Source of the DNA: an uncultured Chloroflexia bacterium
GTDB taxonomy: Bacteria; Chloroflexota; Limnocylindria; Limnocylindrales; CSP1-4
Length of the DNA: 64,000 nt
NCBI GenBank assembly: GCA_963757595.1
Contig: CAVWRX010000005.1
Span: forward strand, 1,508-65,507
Reading direction: 5' to 3'
Shown here: piece by piece, positions 55,767 to 64,000 of the stretch
Layout of the letters: every line of letters starts with the position of its first letter
How positions within the stretch are numbered: position 1 is the first letter of the stretch
Program-made: the position numbers and the translations under genes
The notes under the pieces: generated by a model
The model's input: only the letters and a program-made list of their open reading frames with translations
Told to the model about the DNA's origin: nothing
Databases searched by the model: none

Positions 55767-56397
55767 GGACCAACCCCTCTTCCGGACGGCCCTCGCGACG
55801 CTCATCGACGGGCAGCACGACTTCGATGTCGTGGGCCAGGCAGAAAACGGCCTGCAGGCCCTCGAGCTCGCCCGCGAGCTCATGCCCGACGTCGTCCTCA
55901 TGGATGTCGAGATGCCGGTCATGGACGGCGTCGCGGCAGTGCACCTCATCCACGACGAACTGCCGGGCGTCCGCGTCGTCATGCTCACGATCTCGGATTC
56001 GGACGATCACCTGTTCGACGCGATCCGCTTCGGCGCCGACGGCTACCTGCTCAAGGACCTCCGGCCGGAGCACCTGTACGACATGATCCGGGCCGTCATG
56101 CGCGGCGAGACCCCGTTGTCCCCGGCCATCGCCGGCCGTCTCCTGCGCGACGTTCGCGAGCGTGGCCCGGTGCACGTGGCACCGACGGTCGAGGAGCAGT
56201 CCCTGACCCGGCGCGAGATCGAGACGCTCCAGCTCGTCGCGAACGGCCTGTCCAACAAGGAAATCGGGACCCGCCTCTCGATCACCGAGGGGACGGTCAA
56301 GAACCACGTCCACAACGCCCTCGAGAAGCTCCAGCTCGAGAACCGGATCCAGGCCGCCGCCTACGTCGTCCGGCAGGGCTGGGCCGTACGCCCGTGA
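55729..56397 (+). CDS. NarL/LuxR-family response regulator
   Basis: ATG at 55729 (MNTPSPTRILLAEDQPLF). Phospho-acceptor region DVVLMDVEMPVMDG. C-terminal LuxR HTH LTRREIETLQLVANGLSNKEIGTRLSITEGTVKNHV. It overlaps the kinase 3' end by 38 nt. Confidence 0.9.
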   Translation: MNTPSPTRILLAEDQPLFRTALATLIDGQHDFDVVGQAENGLQALELARELMPDVVLMDVEMPVMDGVAAVHLIHDELPGVRVVMLTISDSDDHLFDAIRFGADGYLLKDLRPEHLYDMIRAVMRGETPLSPAIAGRLLRDVRERGPVHVAPTVEEQSLTRREIETLQLVANGLSNKEIGTRLSITEGTVKNHVHNALEKLQLENRIQAAAYVVRQGWAVRP

Positions 56398-56469
56398 GAT
56401 CCGCGGCGTCCCGACCATGCTCCTCGGCCGCCGCGGGGTATCGGGCGGTAGACCTCGCCCTCGGCCGAA

Positions 56470-56952
56470 ATGTGTCGGACCGGGGATGGCGCTCGCCGAG
56501 ACTCGGCACCTAGCATCCTTCCCATCGACCCCCACTGGAGTCCGCCGTTGGACCCGCAGCCCGTCCGCCTGGCAATCATGTATGACCACCCCCTCCTCGG
56601 CGAGGGCCTGGGCCGGATGCTCGACCTCGAGCCCGGCCTGGACATCGACTTCGTGGAGGCACGCGATCGCGGCCGGGTGGATGCGGCCATCGGCTCGTTA
56701 CCCGACATGGTCGTCGTCGAGCGATCGAGCGGCATCGACGCCCTCGAGATCCTCCGGCGATCACCGAATACCCTCGTGATCGAGGTGACGATCGGCCCAG
56801 GCCCTACCTGGGTATACCGACGCCAGGAGATCTCCGGCGAGCCCGAAGCCGTCCTGGGCCTGGTCCGGCGCCTGCGTGGCGGCCACCCGGCGGTCGCCGT
56901 CGAGCGGCCGGAAGCGATGCCGCAGCTCGTCGGCGCGGCGCGTCAGGGCTAG
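56470..56952 (+). CDS. stand-alone receiver-like (pseudo-receiver) protein
   Basis: The REC-like pattern VRLAIMYDHPLLGEGLGRML...PDMVVVE...ALEILRR..NTLVIEV has Glu where the phospho-Asp is expected. The start is uncertain (TTG 56548 or ATG 56578 are possible). Confidence 0.45.
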   Translation: MCRTGDGARRDSAPSILPIDPHWSPPLDPQPVRLAIMYDHPLLGEGLGRMLDLEPGLDIDFVEARDRGRVDAAIGSLPDMVVVERSSGIDALEILRRSPNTLVIEVTIGPGPTWVYRRQEISGEPEAVLGLVRRLRGGHPAVAVERPEAMPQLVGAARQG

Positions 56953-57198
56953 CCCTCGGGGCCACACGGTCCCGTCCTCCGGCCCGGGTCCACCCCGCCG
57001 ACATCCCCCGTGGACCTCGTCCGGCTATGACGAAGCGACCCCCGGCGTGTACCCGATATCTACCCCTCGGCGGATGGGATCGAGGCCGAGCCCGGCGCAC
57101 GATCGACACAGGACCGGGACTCCGCCACGACCTTTTCCCTTCCGGCGTGGCGGAGCACCGGCCCGGTACCTCGCAATTTCGAAGGGCTGGCGAACGAC

Positions 57199-58170
57199 AT
57201 GCAGACCTCGCGGGCCTTCCACGGCCCAGACGACCGAATGCTCAACCGGGCCATCAAGCTGATGGCCTTGATCCTCCTGGTCGGCGTCCCGAGCATCGCG
57301 GCGCTGTACTGGATGGACCGTCACGTGGACGCCCCCGCCCCCCTCGCGGACCGCACGGTCAGCGCCGCGGAGGATGCCGTGCGGGCGAACCCCAACGACC
57401 TCGCGGCTCGCAATCACCTCGCCGCGGCCTATGTCTCGGCCAAACGCTATGACGACGGGATCGCCCAGTTCGGTCAGATCCTCGATCGCGATCCGATCAA
57501 CCGCGCAGCCCTGCTCGGGCGCGGCCTCGCCTATGTGGCGACGGAGCGCTACGACACCGCGGCAACCGACTTCCAGGCCCTCGTCGACGCCGCCGGCACG
57601 GGCGAGTTCGCGGCCACCGACCCGCAGCTGCAGCAGGCCTATTACGAGCTCGGCGTGGTGGCCCTCGAGCAGGGCCGGCCCGCCGACGCCATCACTCCGC
57701 TCCAGCAGGCGCTCCAGATCAATGCCGCCGACGCCGATGCCCTCTATCGCTACGGCATGGCCCTCATCGGCACCGGAGACGCGGCGAGCGGCGTGAAGGC
57801 GCTGCAGCGGGCGGTGACGTTCGTTCCCTCCGGCTGGTGCGAGCCGTACGCCGGACTGGTGACGGGGTTCACGGCCCTCGGCGACACGGCAGGCACCGGT
57901 TGGGCGAACGGCATGGTCGCCTTCTGCGGTGGCCGCCTCGACGAGGCGACGGCCGCCCTCTCGACGCTGACCACGGGGCCTCGTCGAACCGAGGCGCTCC
58001 TCGGACTCGCCCTCGTCGCGGCCACGGGCGGCGATGCGGCGACGGCCATGGGCTACTACCAGGAGGTCCTCGCGACCGACCCGAACAACACGTCCGCGCT
58101 GATCGGGCTGGGCCAGCTCGGCGCCGTCAACGCCCATGCGTCCCAGCCGGCGCTCGACGGGAGCAATTGA
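57199..58170 (+). CDS. membrane-anchored TPR-repeat protein
   Basis: 323-aa ORF. TM helix AIKLMALILLVGVPSIAALYWM, followed by at least 6 TPR-like units (A..Y......Y..A...F...L..DP.N). Confidence 0.8.
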   Translation: MQTSRAFHGPDDRMLNRAIKLMALILLVGVPSIAALYWMDRHVDAPAPLADRTVSAAEDAVRANPNDLAARNHLAAAYVSAKRYDDGIAQFGQILDRDPINRAALLGRGLAYVATERYDTAATDFQALVDAAGTGEFAATDPQLQQAYYELGVVALEQGRPADAITPLQQALQINAADADALYRYGMALIGTGDAASGVKALQRAVTFVPSGWCEPYAGLVTGFTALGDTAGTGWANGMVAFCGGRLDEATAALSTLTTGPRRTEALLGLALVAATGGDAATAMGYYQEVLATDPNNTSALIGLGQLGAVNAHASQPALDGSN

Positions 58171-58171
58171 C

Positions 58172-59320
58172 ATGACGACGCCCGACATGACCGCGGGAGA
58201 CCTGCCCATCGACGGAGGGCTCGCTGCCGACCCTGCTCCGGCGGCCGCCGCCGGCACCGGGGTCTCGGTCGAGCCCGCGCCTGGACCGTCGACCGGTTCT
58301 GCACCGGAAGTCCCGGAGACCCAGATCGCGCCGGAGGATCCTGGCCGGCGTCGGCGAATCCGGATGCTGCTGGCCATCATCCTCGGCGCCCTGCTCCTGG
58401 GCTTCCTGGCGTTCGCGGCCTGGTACCTCCTCTTTCGGAAGCCGATCTCGCAGCTGCCTCTGCCGAACCTCGAAGAGGGCGTCATGCCCGGCTTCTCGTT
58501 CGCGGCGTACGACCTCGAGAAGCCGCTCGGCATCGCCGTGAGCGCCGACGGCAGCCGGATGTACGTGACCCAGACCGGCGGCGACCAGGCGACGCTGATG
58601 CTCGACGGGCGCGGCACCCGGCTCGGGACGCTGACACCGCCGACCGATGTCGCCGCACGCACCACCCAGCTCTACGTCGCGGTCGACCCGAAGACGGGCG
58701 ACGTCTACGCCACCGATCGCTCGCATGGCGCGGTCTACATCTACTCGGCAGACGGGGTCTATCGCGGCATCTTCCGGCCCGATCCGGATCCAGGTGCCTG
58801 GCAACCGCTCGCCATCGCCTTCGATCGGGATGGGAACCTCTTCGTGTCCGACGCCGGGGGGGCCTTCCAGACGGTTCGCGAGATGGACCGGAACGGCCAC
58901 GTCGTGCTGACCATCGGCAAGGACGGGATGCTGAACTTTCCGAACGGCATCGCCGTCGACAAGTCCGGCGACATCTACGTCACGGACAGCAACAACGGGC
59001 GCCTGCTGGTGTTCGACAAGGAGGGCGCGCAGCTGGGGCTGGTCCAGCGTGGCCCGGCCCAGGGCGAGTTCAGCATGCCGCGAGGCATCGTCGTCGATGA
59101 CGCCGGCAAGGTTTACGTCGTCGATGCCGTCGGCCAGGGCGTCCAGGTCTATCGCGCGATGGCCTCCGGCGACCAGGCGCCTCACTACCTCGACCGGTTC
59201 GGCCGCGAGGGGACGGTCGACGGGGCCTTCGAATTTCCCAACGGAATTGCGGTCGACAGCCGCGGCCGCGTCTACGTGGCCGACTGGAACAACGACCGCA
59301 TCCAGATCTGGAGTTACTGA
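58172..59320 (+). CDS. membrane-anchored NHL-repeat six-bladed beta-propeller protein
   Basis: ATG at 58172, 1 nt after the TPR stop. TM helix IRMLLAIILGALLLGFLAFAAWYLLF. NHL units: PLGIAVSADGSRMYVT, VAVDPKTGDVYATD, PLAIAFDRDGNLFVSD, PNGIAVDKSGDIYVTDSNNGRLLVF, PRGIVVDDAGKVYVVD, PNGIAVDSRGRVYVADWNNDRIQIW. Confidence 0.85.
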   Translation: MTTPDMTAGDLPIDGGLAADPAPAAAAGTGVSVEPAPGPSTGSAPEVPETQIAPEDPGRRRRIRMLLAIILGALLLGFLAFAAWYLLFRKPISQLPLPNLEEGVMPGFSFAAYDLEKPLGIAVSADGSRMYVTQTGGDQATLMLDGRGTRLGTLTPPTDVAARTTQLYVAVDPKTGDVYATDRSHGAVYIYSADGVYRGIFRPDPDPGAWQPLAIAFDRDGNLFVSDAGGAFQTVREMDRNGHVVLTIGKDGMLNFPNGIAVDKSGDIYVTDSNNGRLLVFDKEGAQLGLVQRGPAQGEFSMPRGIVVDDAGKVYVVDAVGQGVQVYRAMASGDQAPHYLDRFGREGTVDGAFEFPNGIAVDSRGRVYVADWNNDRIQIWSY

Positions 59321-59427
59321 TGACTCGAATGGCAGGGAAGGGCAAGGAGGTGGCTCGTAGTCCCGACACAGCGCCCGCAGCGCGGGCATCCATCGTCGAA
59401 CCTCGCACCCACAAGGAGGTGAGGACA

Positions 59428-61020
59428 GTGAGGCGATTTGCCCTCCTGCTTGCAGGAGGCGCGCTCTGGCTGATCCTGGCCGCTTCGGCGGCCTATGCCG
59501 ATGGTGGGCCTCATCAGCTCGCCGTCAACAACGGGTCGGCGGGACTCAGCGGCGACTGCGCCGCCTGTCACCGCGCCCACACCGCCCAGGCGGCCGACCT
59601 GCTGAAGTCATCGATGCCCGGCCTGTGCCTCACGTGCCATGACGGCGCGGGAGCCACGACCGACGTCGTCGACGGCATTCAGTACACACCGGCTGGCAGC
59701 GGATTCCAGCAGACCGCCGTGCTCGGAGCCCTCCGAGGCGGTGGCTTTGAATACGCCCTCATGGACGCCGCCGACGCTTCGCGCCTTTCGTATTCATCGC
59801 GCGGCGGCATCGCGATCACGTTCGACGCCGTTCCGGCGTCGGGCACGATCACCGTGACCTGGCCGTCATTCACCGGCTTTGCCGGCGGGACCCTGACGTT
59901 CGTCGCCGGGTCGACGACGGGAGAACTCCAGACGGCCGCGGACACCTTGTTCCTGACATCCACCGTGTACACGAGTTCAACGGCCACCGGGAACATGAGC
60001 AGTCCCACCACCAGCAACATGAAGGTCACCGGCGCTCCGTCGTCGAAGACCGTGACGTTCGCGCCGAACAACGCATTCCGCGTCGTGGACATTCCGCTGC
60101 CGACCGTGACCACAAACACGACCGGCACCAACGTGACGGTCACGAATGGGATCAGCGTCGGTGGCGCGGGCCATGTCGGCGTCCTCGCCGACGGGACTGC
60201 CACGACCTCTCAGCACGAGGGGCTCGGGACGGTCTGGGGCAATGGCGCGCAGGGCCAGGGCAACGTCGGCGCAACCGGCGTGTCCCTGGAGTGCACGAAC
60301 TGCCACAACCCGCACGGAAACGGCCAGTACCGCATCCTCAACACCCTTCCGGGTGAGGATTGGGCCAACGGGACCGACGGCGTTGCCGATTGGACCGCCC
60401 CGATCAACGCGGTCGAAGTCGCGGACGGGGCCACCCTTACGGCTGGCCAGGTCCGGAACTACACCGTGCTGCCGTCGACCAACGGGCTGACGACCGGCGT
60501 CGTCGGCGCGGCCGCCGATGGCGATTACTGGCGCTACAAGTACGACCCGTCGGGCCTGGCGAACTTCACGAACTTCTACCTCAAGCCCGATGACATGAAC
60601 ACCGGCTGGAACGGAAGCAGTGCGACGAACGCCGCCGCCAACGGCGGTGTCGCACCGGCCAACAGCACGGGTCTCATGACCGCGTGGTGCATCACCTGCC
60701 ATACGCGGTACAACGGTCTCCCAACCGGCTCCAGTGCGTCTTCGCTCACGGCGATGACGCCGACGGATGCGATCTTCATGTACAAGCACGGCACCACCCG
60801 CGTTGGGTGCGAGCAGTGTCACGTTTCCCATGGTTCGAATGCCGCGATGACGGCGCAGTTCTCGTCGACGTACGAGTACGCCGACGGGACGTCGGAAGAC
60901 AGCGCCCTCCTCAAGGTCGACAACCGCGGGACGTGCCAGCTCTGCCACGACCCGACAGGAACCGTGGACGCCGGGACGAAGGTGGGGACGGTTCCCCTCC
61001 TGATCACCCCTGGCCCATAA
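59428..61020 (+). CDS. secreted hexahaem c-type cytochrome with paired (doubled) CXXCH motifs
   Basis: GTG at 59428 lies 8 nt after AAGGAGG. Signal peptide RRFALLLAGGALWLILAASAAYA. Six CXXCH motifs: CAACHRAH, CLTCH, CTNCHNPH, CITCH, CEQCHVSH, CQLCH. Long Thr/Ser/Gly/Asn-rich haem-free segments are present. The track ORF starts at 59320. Confidence 0.85.
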   Translation: MRRFALLLAGGALWLILAASAAYADGGPHQLAVNNGSAGLSGDCAACHRAHTAQAADLLKSSMPGLCLTCHDGAGATTDVVDGIQYTPAGSGFQQTAVLGALRGGGFEYALMDAADASRLSYSSRGGIAITFDAVPASGTITVTWPSFTGFAGGTLTFVAGSTTGELQTAADTLFLTSTVYTSSTATGNMSSPTTSNMKVTGAPSSKTVTFAPNNAFRVVDIPLPTVTTNTTGTNVTVTNGISVGGAGHVGVLADGTATTSQHEGLGTVWGNGAQGQGNVGATGVSLECTNCHNPHGNGQYRILNTLPGEDWANGTDGVADWTAPINAVEVADGATLTAGQVRNYTVLPSTNGLTTGVVGAAADGDYWRYKYDPSGLANFTNFYLKPDDMNTGWNGSSATNAAANGGVAPANSTGLMTAWCITCHTRYNGLPTGSSASSLTAMTPTDAIFMYKHGTTRVGCEQCHVSHGSNAAMTAQFSSTYEYADGTSEDSALLKVDNRGTCQLCHDPTGTVDAGTKVGTVPLLITPGP

Positions 61021-61090
61021 CCCAGTTCACGAGTCGACGGCCCGCGGGCACCACCCCGGGCCGTCGAACACCACTTCGCGAAGGGAAGTC

Positions 61091-63285
61091 GTGACTCGCC
61101 AACGGCGTCCTCGCCGTCATCAAACCTGGCCCGCGATCCTGGCCCTGGCACTCGCCGTGTGGGCGATGCCGTTCGCCGGGTTCGGCGGCGCCGGCCTGGC
61201 GATCGCCACCACGAATGCGGCCGACCCGACCGCTGCCCCGGCGATCGATCCGACGGCGGATCCGGCGCCCGAGCCCTCGGCAAGTGCTCCCGCCGCGTCT
61301 CCGACCGCATCGCCCGCGGCGTCCCCCGACCCGAGTCCGACGATCGACCCGAGCCCCGACGATCGACCCGGGGGCGACGATCGCCCCCGTTGCGACCACC
61401 GGCGCCGGTCCGGATGCCACGCCCGACCCCATGCCCACGGACCCGCCGACGGTCGATCCGACCCCGGCCCCTGCGCCGGCCCCGGACGCTTCGCCGCCCG
61501 AGCCATCACCTGCGCCGACCCCCTCGGCGAGTGACCCGGGGACATCGCTGGAGCCGGGCCCGGGGACATCGATCGAGCCCGATCCGTCACCGTACGTCCT
61601 CGTGGAGCCCGTCGGGCTTGCCGATCGCGACCACGGGTCCATTCAGCGTGAGCGGGATCATCTACACCCTCTCGCCGGGGCAGCGACCCGGCGACGCAGT
61701 CGGTCCGGCGATCCCCATCTACGAGCTCAAGCTGCCGGCCCTGGCGGTCGACCAGGACAGCCCGCACGGCGGCGGCGGCGTAAACGGCTCCGACTGCGCG
61801 GCGTGCCATGCCGCGCACCGTGGTCAGCAGTCCGACCTCGTCGACACGGCCGGAGCGGAGGCGGCCGTCTGCTACGTCTGTCATGCCCCCGGCGGTGGCG
61901 CGTCGGACGTCCGAACCGCCCTCACCGCCACAAACGCGAATGACGTCGCCAGCGATGCCTTCTTCAGCCATCCCGTCGGCGGCGCGACGGGGACGGCCGC
62001 CGACACGTGCTCCGAGTGCCACAATCCGCACCTCTCGGGTTCTGGTCGCCCGGTCCAGTCGACAACCGGCTGGACTGCCGAGGGCCCGATCGCCGCCGCC
62101 GAGGGCGTCACCCCACGCAACGGCGGTCCGGGTGACGCACCCGCCTACACGGCGCGGTCAACCCCCACGCTGACGTACGAGTACGAGCTCTGCCTGCGAT
62201 GCCACTCCGCGGCGGAAGGGCCGCTCCCGTCGAGGGACGCCGCGCATCCGTCGTGGTGGGCCCTCGACGCAGGGGTCGAGTTCAACCCTGCCAACAACTC
62301 CTACCACCCGGTGGAGGCCGCGGGCCGGAACGTGAGCGCCCAGATGGCCGCCAGCCTGGCGGGGACCTCGCCCTTCAAGGCCTGGGACTTCCAGGTTGAC
62401 TCGACGATCCGCTGCGCGAGCTGCCACGGCGACCCATCGACGGTGAACCAGGTCGCCAGCGGCACGCCGCTCACTCCCGACGCCGACGCCAGCGAGGCAA
62501 CGCACGGTTCCCCGAACCGCGGGATCCTCACCGCTCCATACCGCGACCGGGACCTCAAGGCGGCCGGCGAGTCGTACGACCCGGAAGACTTCGCCCTCTG
62601 CTATCTCTGCCACGCGGAGCGGCCATTCGTGGACGGCAATGTCGACCCGAGCGCGCCCGACACGGCGTTCCCGCTGCACGGATTCCACATCGCGGGCGCC
62701 GACGTCCAGGCGGCGGGCGGAGAACCGGGCGCCGGTCTGTCGATTGACGTCGCCGGAGACGGCCAGGGCCTCGCAACGTGCTCGGAGTGCCACTTCCGGA
62801 GCCACTCGACGGCGATCGCCTACGCACCCGGCGACACCGCCCCGGTTGCCCGTGCCGATGGCGCGGCGGGTCTCGTGGCCTTCGCGCCGGACGTCCGGCC
62901 GGCCGGCGGTACGCTCACCTGGACAGCGCCCGACGGCAGCGGCCAGGGGTCCTGCACGCTGACGTGCCACGGGCACGAGCACACGGCCGCCGTGGATACG
63001 TACGAGGTCGCCCCCGCCACCGGGTTCACCGCCAGCCCGACGAGCGGATCGGTCGGCATCGACGGGCTGACGGTGGCGTTCACCGACGCCACCCGGTATG
63101 TCGCGGACGGCGAGGCCACCTGGGCCTGGTCCTTCGGCGACGGGGAGACGGCCGCCGACCGGAACCCGGTGCATGTGTACGCGGCCCCGGGCAGGTATGT
63201 GGTCACGCTCACCGTCGAGCGGACGACCGGCAGCGGACTGTCGACGACATCGACACGGACCGACTACATCACCGTCCTGCCCTGA
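61091..63285 (+). CDS. secreted multihaem c-type cytochrome (7 CXXCH plus 1 CX3CH) with a C-terminal PKD domain; two frame changes in the N-terminal linker in this assembly
   Basis: Signal/TM WPAILALALAVWAMPFAG (ORF 61091..). Pro/Ala/Thr linker (frame of ORF 61215..). Main body in ORF 61159..63285: CAACHAAH, CYVCH, CSECHNPH, CLRCH, CASCH, CYLCH, CSECHFRSH, CTLTCH. PKD-like end: FTASPTSG...VAFTDAT...WAWSFGDGETAADRNPVHVYAAPGRYVVTLTV. Confidence 0.8.
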
Positions 63286-63557
63286 TCCCGGCGCCGGGCG
63301 CGGCGTCGCCGCGCTCCCCGAGCGGGCCGTTCGGACTGTATCGATCGGTATAGGCCGCCGTACCGGCAGTACCGAGCGGGCGCCGCTCGCATACCCGAAA
63401 TGTGCCCGCCGACGGATGGGATCCGGACGCCGCCGTCCCGACAATCGCTGCAGGTGTCAATCCGCAGGCGTCCTGCGGCACGAGGGCAAACGAGGGCAGG
63501 TTTCATGAACGAGCTGCAGCGGCAGATGGGACGTATCCCCACGCCGGCGGTGCGGCG

Positions 63558-64000
63558 ATGACCGCGCAAGTCGGCAGCCCGGCGACGCTCGAAGGCGTCC
63601 GGGCCGATCTCCTTTCCAGGCTCGGGCTCGACGACCGGGCGACCCCCGATGATCTCGCCGAAGCGCACGAGACCGTCGAACTCTTCCTCGCCTCAGCCCC
63701 GCGCCAGCTTGGCGCCTGGGCGCGACGCCAGGCCTCCACGGCCGACGAGGCGTACGCGCTCCTCACAGACCCGGCAGCTCTCGCGCGCACCGTCGCCCTC
63801 GGCGCTCGCGCGAATCGGCCGGACCCTGCTCCCGGCGGACCGGCGACACCTCCGGTCCGTCGGGAGCCTTCCCCCGCGCCCGCGGCGAGCTCCGCCACCC
63901 AGGCAAAGGGCCGCAAGGGCAGCCGAGCGGCGGCCGCGGCCGCCGTCGAGCCGACCGACGACGAGCTGGCGGAACTCATCGCGTCCGTGACGCCGAGCGC
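63558..64000 (+). CDS. hypothetical protein, 3' end outside the window
   Basis: Own translation from ATG at 63558: MTAQVGSPATLEGVRADLLSRLGLDDRATPDDLAEAHETVELFLASAPRQLGAWARRQASTADEAYALLTDPAAL... It stays open to the window end and is preceded by an 18-codon ORF whose TGA overlaps this ATG. It is not in the ORF track because it has no stop. Confidence 0.5.
   Translation, partial: MTAQVGSPATLEGVRADLLSRLGLDDRATPDDLAEAHETVELFLASAPRQLGAWARRQASTADEAYALLTDPAALARTVALGARANRPDPAPGGPATPPVRREPSPAPAASSATQAKGRKGSRAAAAAAVEPTDDELAELIASVTPS

Noticed and set aside
63286-63345. GC-rich palindromes (CCCGGCGCCGGG, and CGCGGC-GTC-GCCGCG) after the PKD-cytochrome stop, as a possible terminator.
   Set aside because: The stems are short, the loops are tiny and no T-tract follows. 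These cannot be distinguished from the palindromes common in high-GC DNA.
1-64000. Searched for CRISPR arrays, rRNA, intact IS elements, integrases, reverse transcriptases (YxDD) and prophage structural genes.
   Set aside because: No regularly spaced direct repeats, no rRNA-like conserved stretches, and no ORF with transposase, integrase or RT motifs. Only the weak remnants reported in the findings were seen.

Overview
High-GC (roughly 68-70% by eye) bacterial chromosomal window, densely coding on both strands. I call about 60 protein genes and one tRNA-Arg. I found no rRNA, no CRISPR array, and no intact transposase or integrase. Gene content includes a split cytochrome b, a GT87/DUF2029 glycosyltransferase, an LmbE-type deacetylase, a WYL regulator and a LysM protein, with many GTG starts and 4-nt ATGA/GTGA overlaps. 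This looks actinobacterium- or Chloroflexi-like, but taxonomy cannot be assigned without a database search.

Gene blocks along the window:
- 0-3.2 kb: a GltD-like flavo-FeS protein operonic with a split cytochrome b.
- 4.5-9.8 kb: housekeeping genes (LmbE, Bcp, ThiN, HAD, YbaK).
- 9.9-12.8 kb: HTH plus GAF-GGDEF.
- 13.4-17.7 kb: ASCH, WYL regulator, CAP-domain protein, HD hydrolase.
- 17.7-25.5 kb: four-gene MacB/FtsX-type ABC operon.
- 25.7-31 kb: tRNA-Arg followed by a patchy accessory stretch. It holds gene remnants, TetR plus an oxidoreductase, and an orphan Rhs C-terminal toxin/immunity cassette bracketed by two copies of a small gene.
- 31-41 kb: DinB, SnoaL, lipoproteins, AKR, PAS-EAL, TetR plus MFS.
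- 41-44.7 kb: NuoF-like flavoprotein and ferredoxin, divergent from a corrinoid protein and a URO-D-family methyltransferase.
- 44.8-45.8 kb: a heavily decayed phosphoesterase pseudogene.
- 48.8-53.8 kb: GT87, Zn-ADH and a metal ABC importer.
- 54-57 kb: GAF histidine kinase, NarL-type regulator and a pseudo-receiver.
- 57.2-63.3 kb: a four-gene cluster of TPR, NHL propeller and two paired-CXXCH multihaem cytochromes, one with a PKD domain.

I consider the 57.2-63.3 kb cluster the best candidate for an undescribed system. The Rhs cassette and the flavoprotein-cytochrome b operon come next.

A pervasive caveat: at least ten otherwise intact genes change reading frame once or twice, several at short G/C runs. 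This looks like assembly indel error rather than biology, except for the phosphoesterase. Most long Arg/Pro/Gly-rich ORFs in the track are antisense shadows of real genes and are not reported. All functional calls rest on motifs I can read in the translations. No database search was run.
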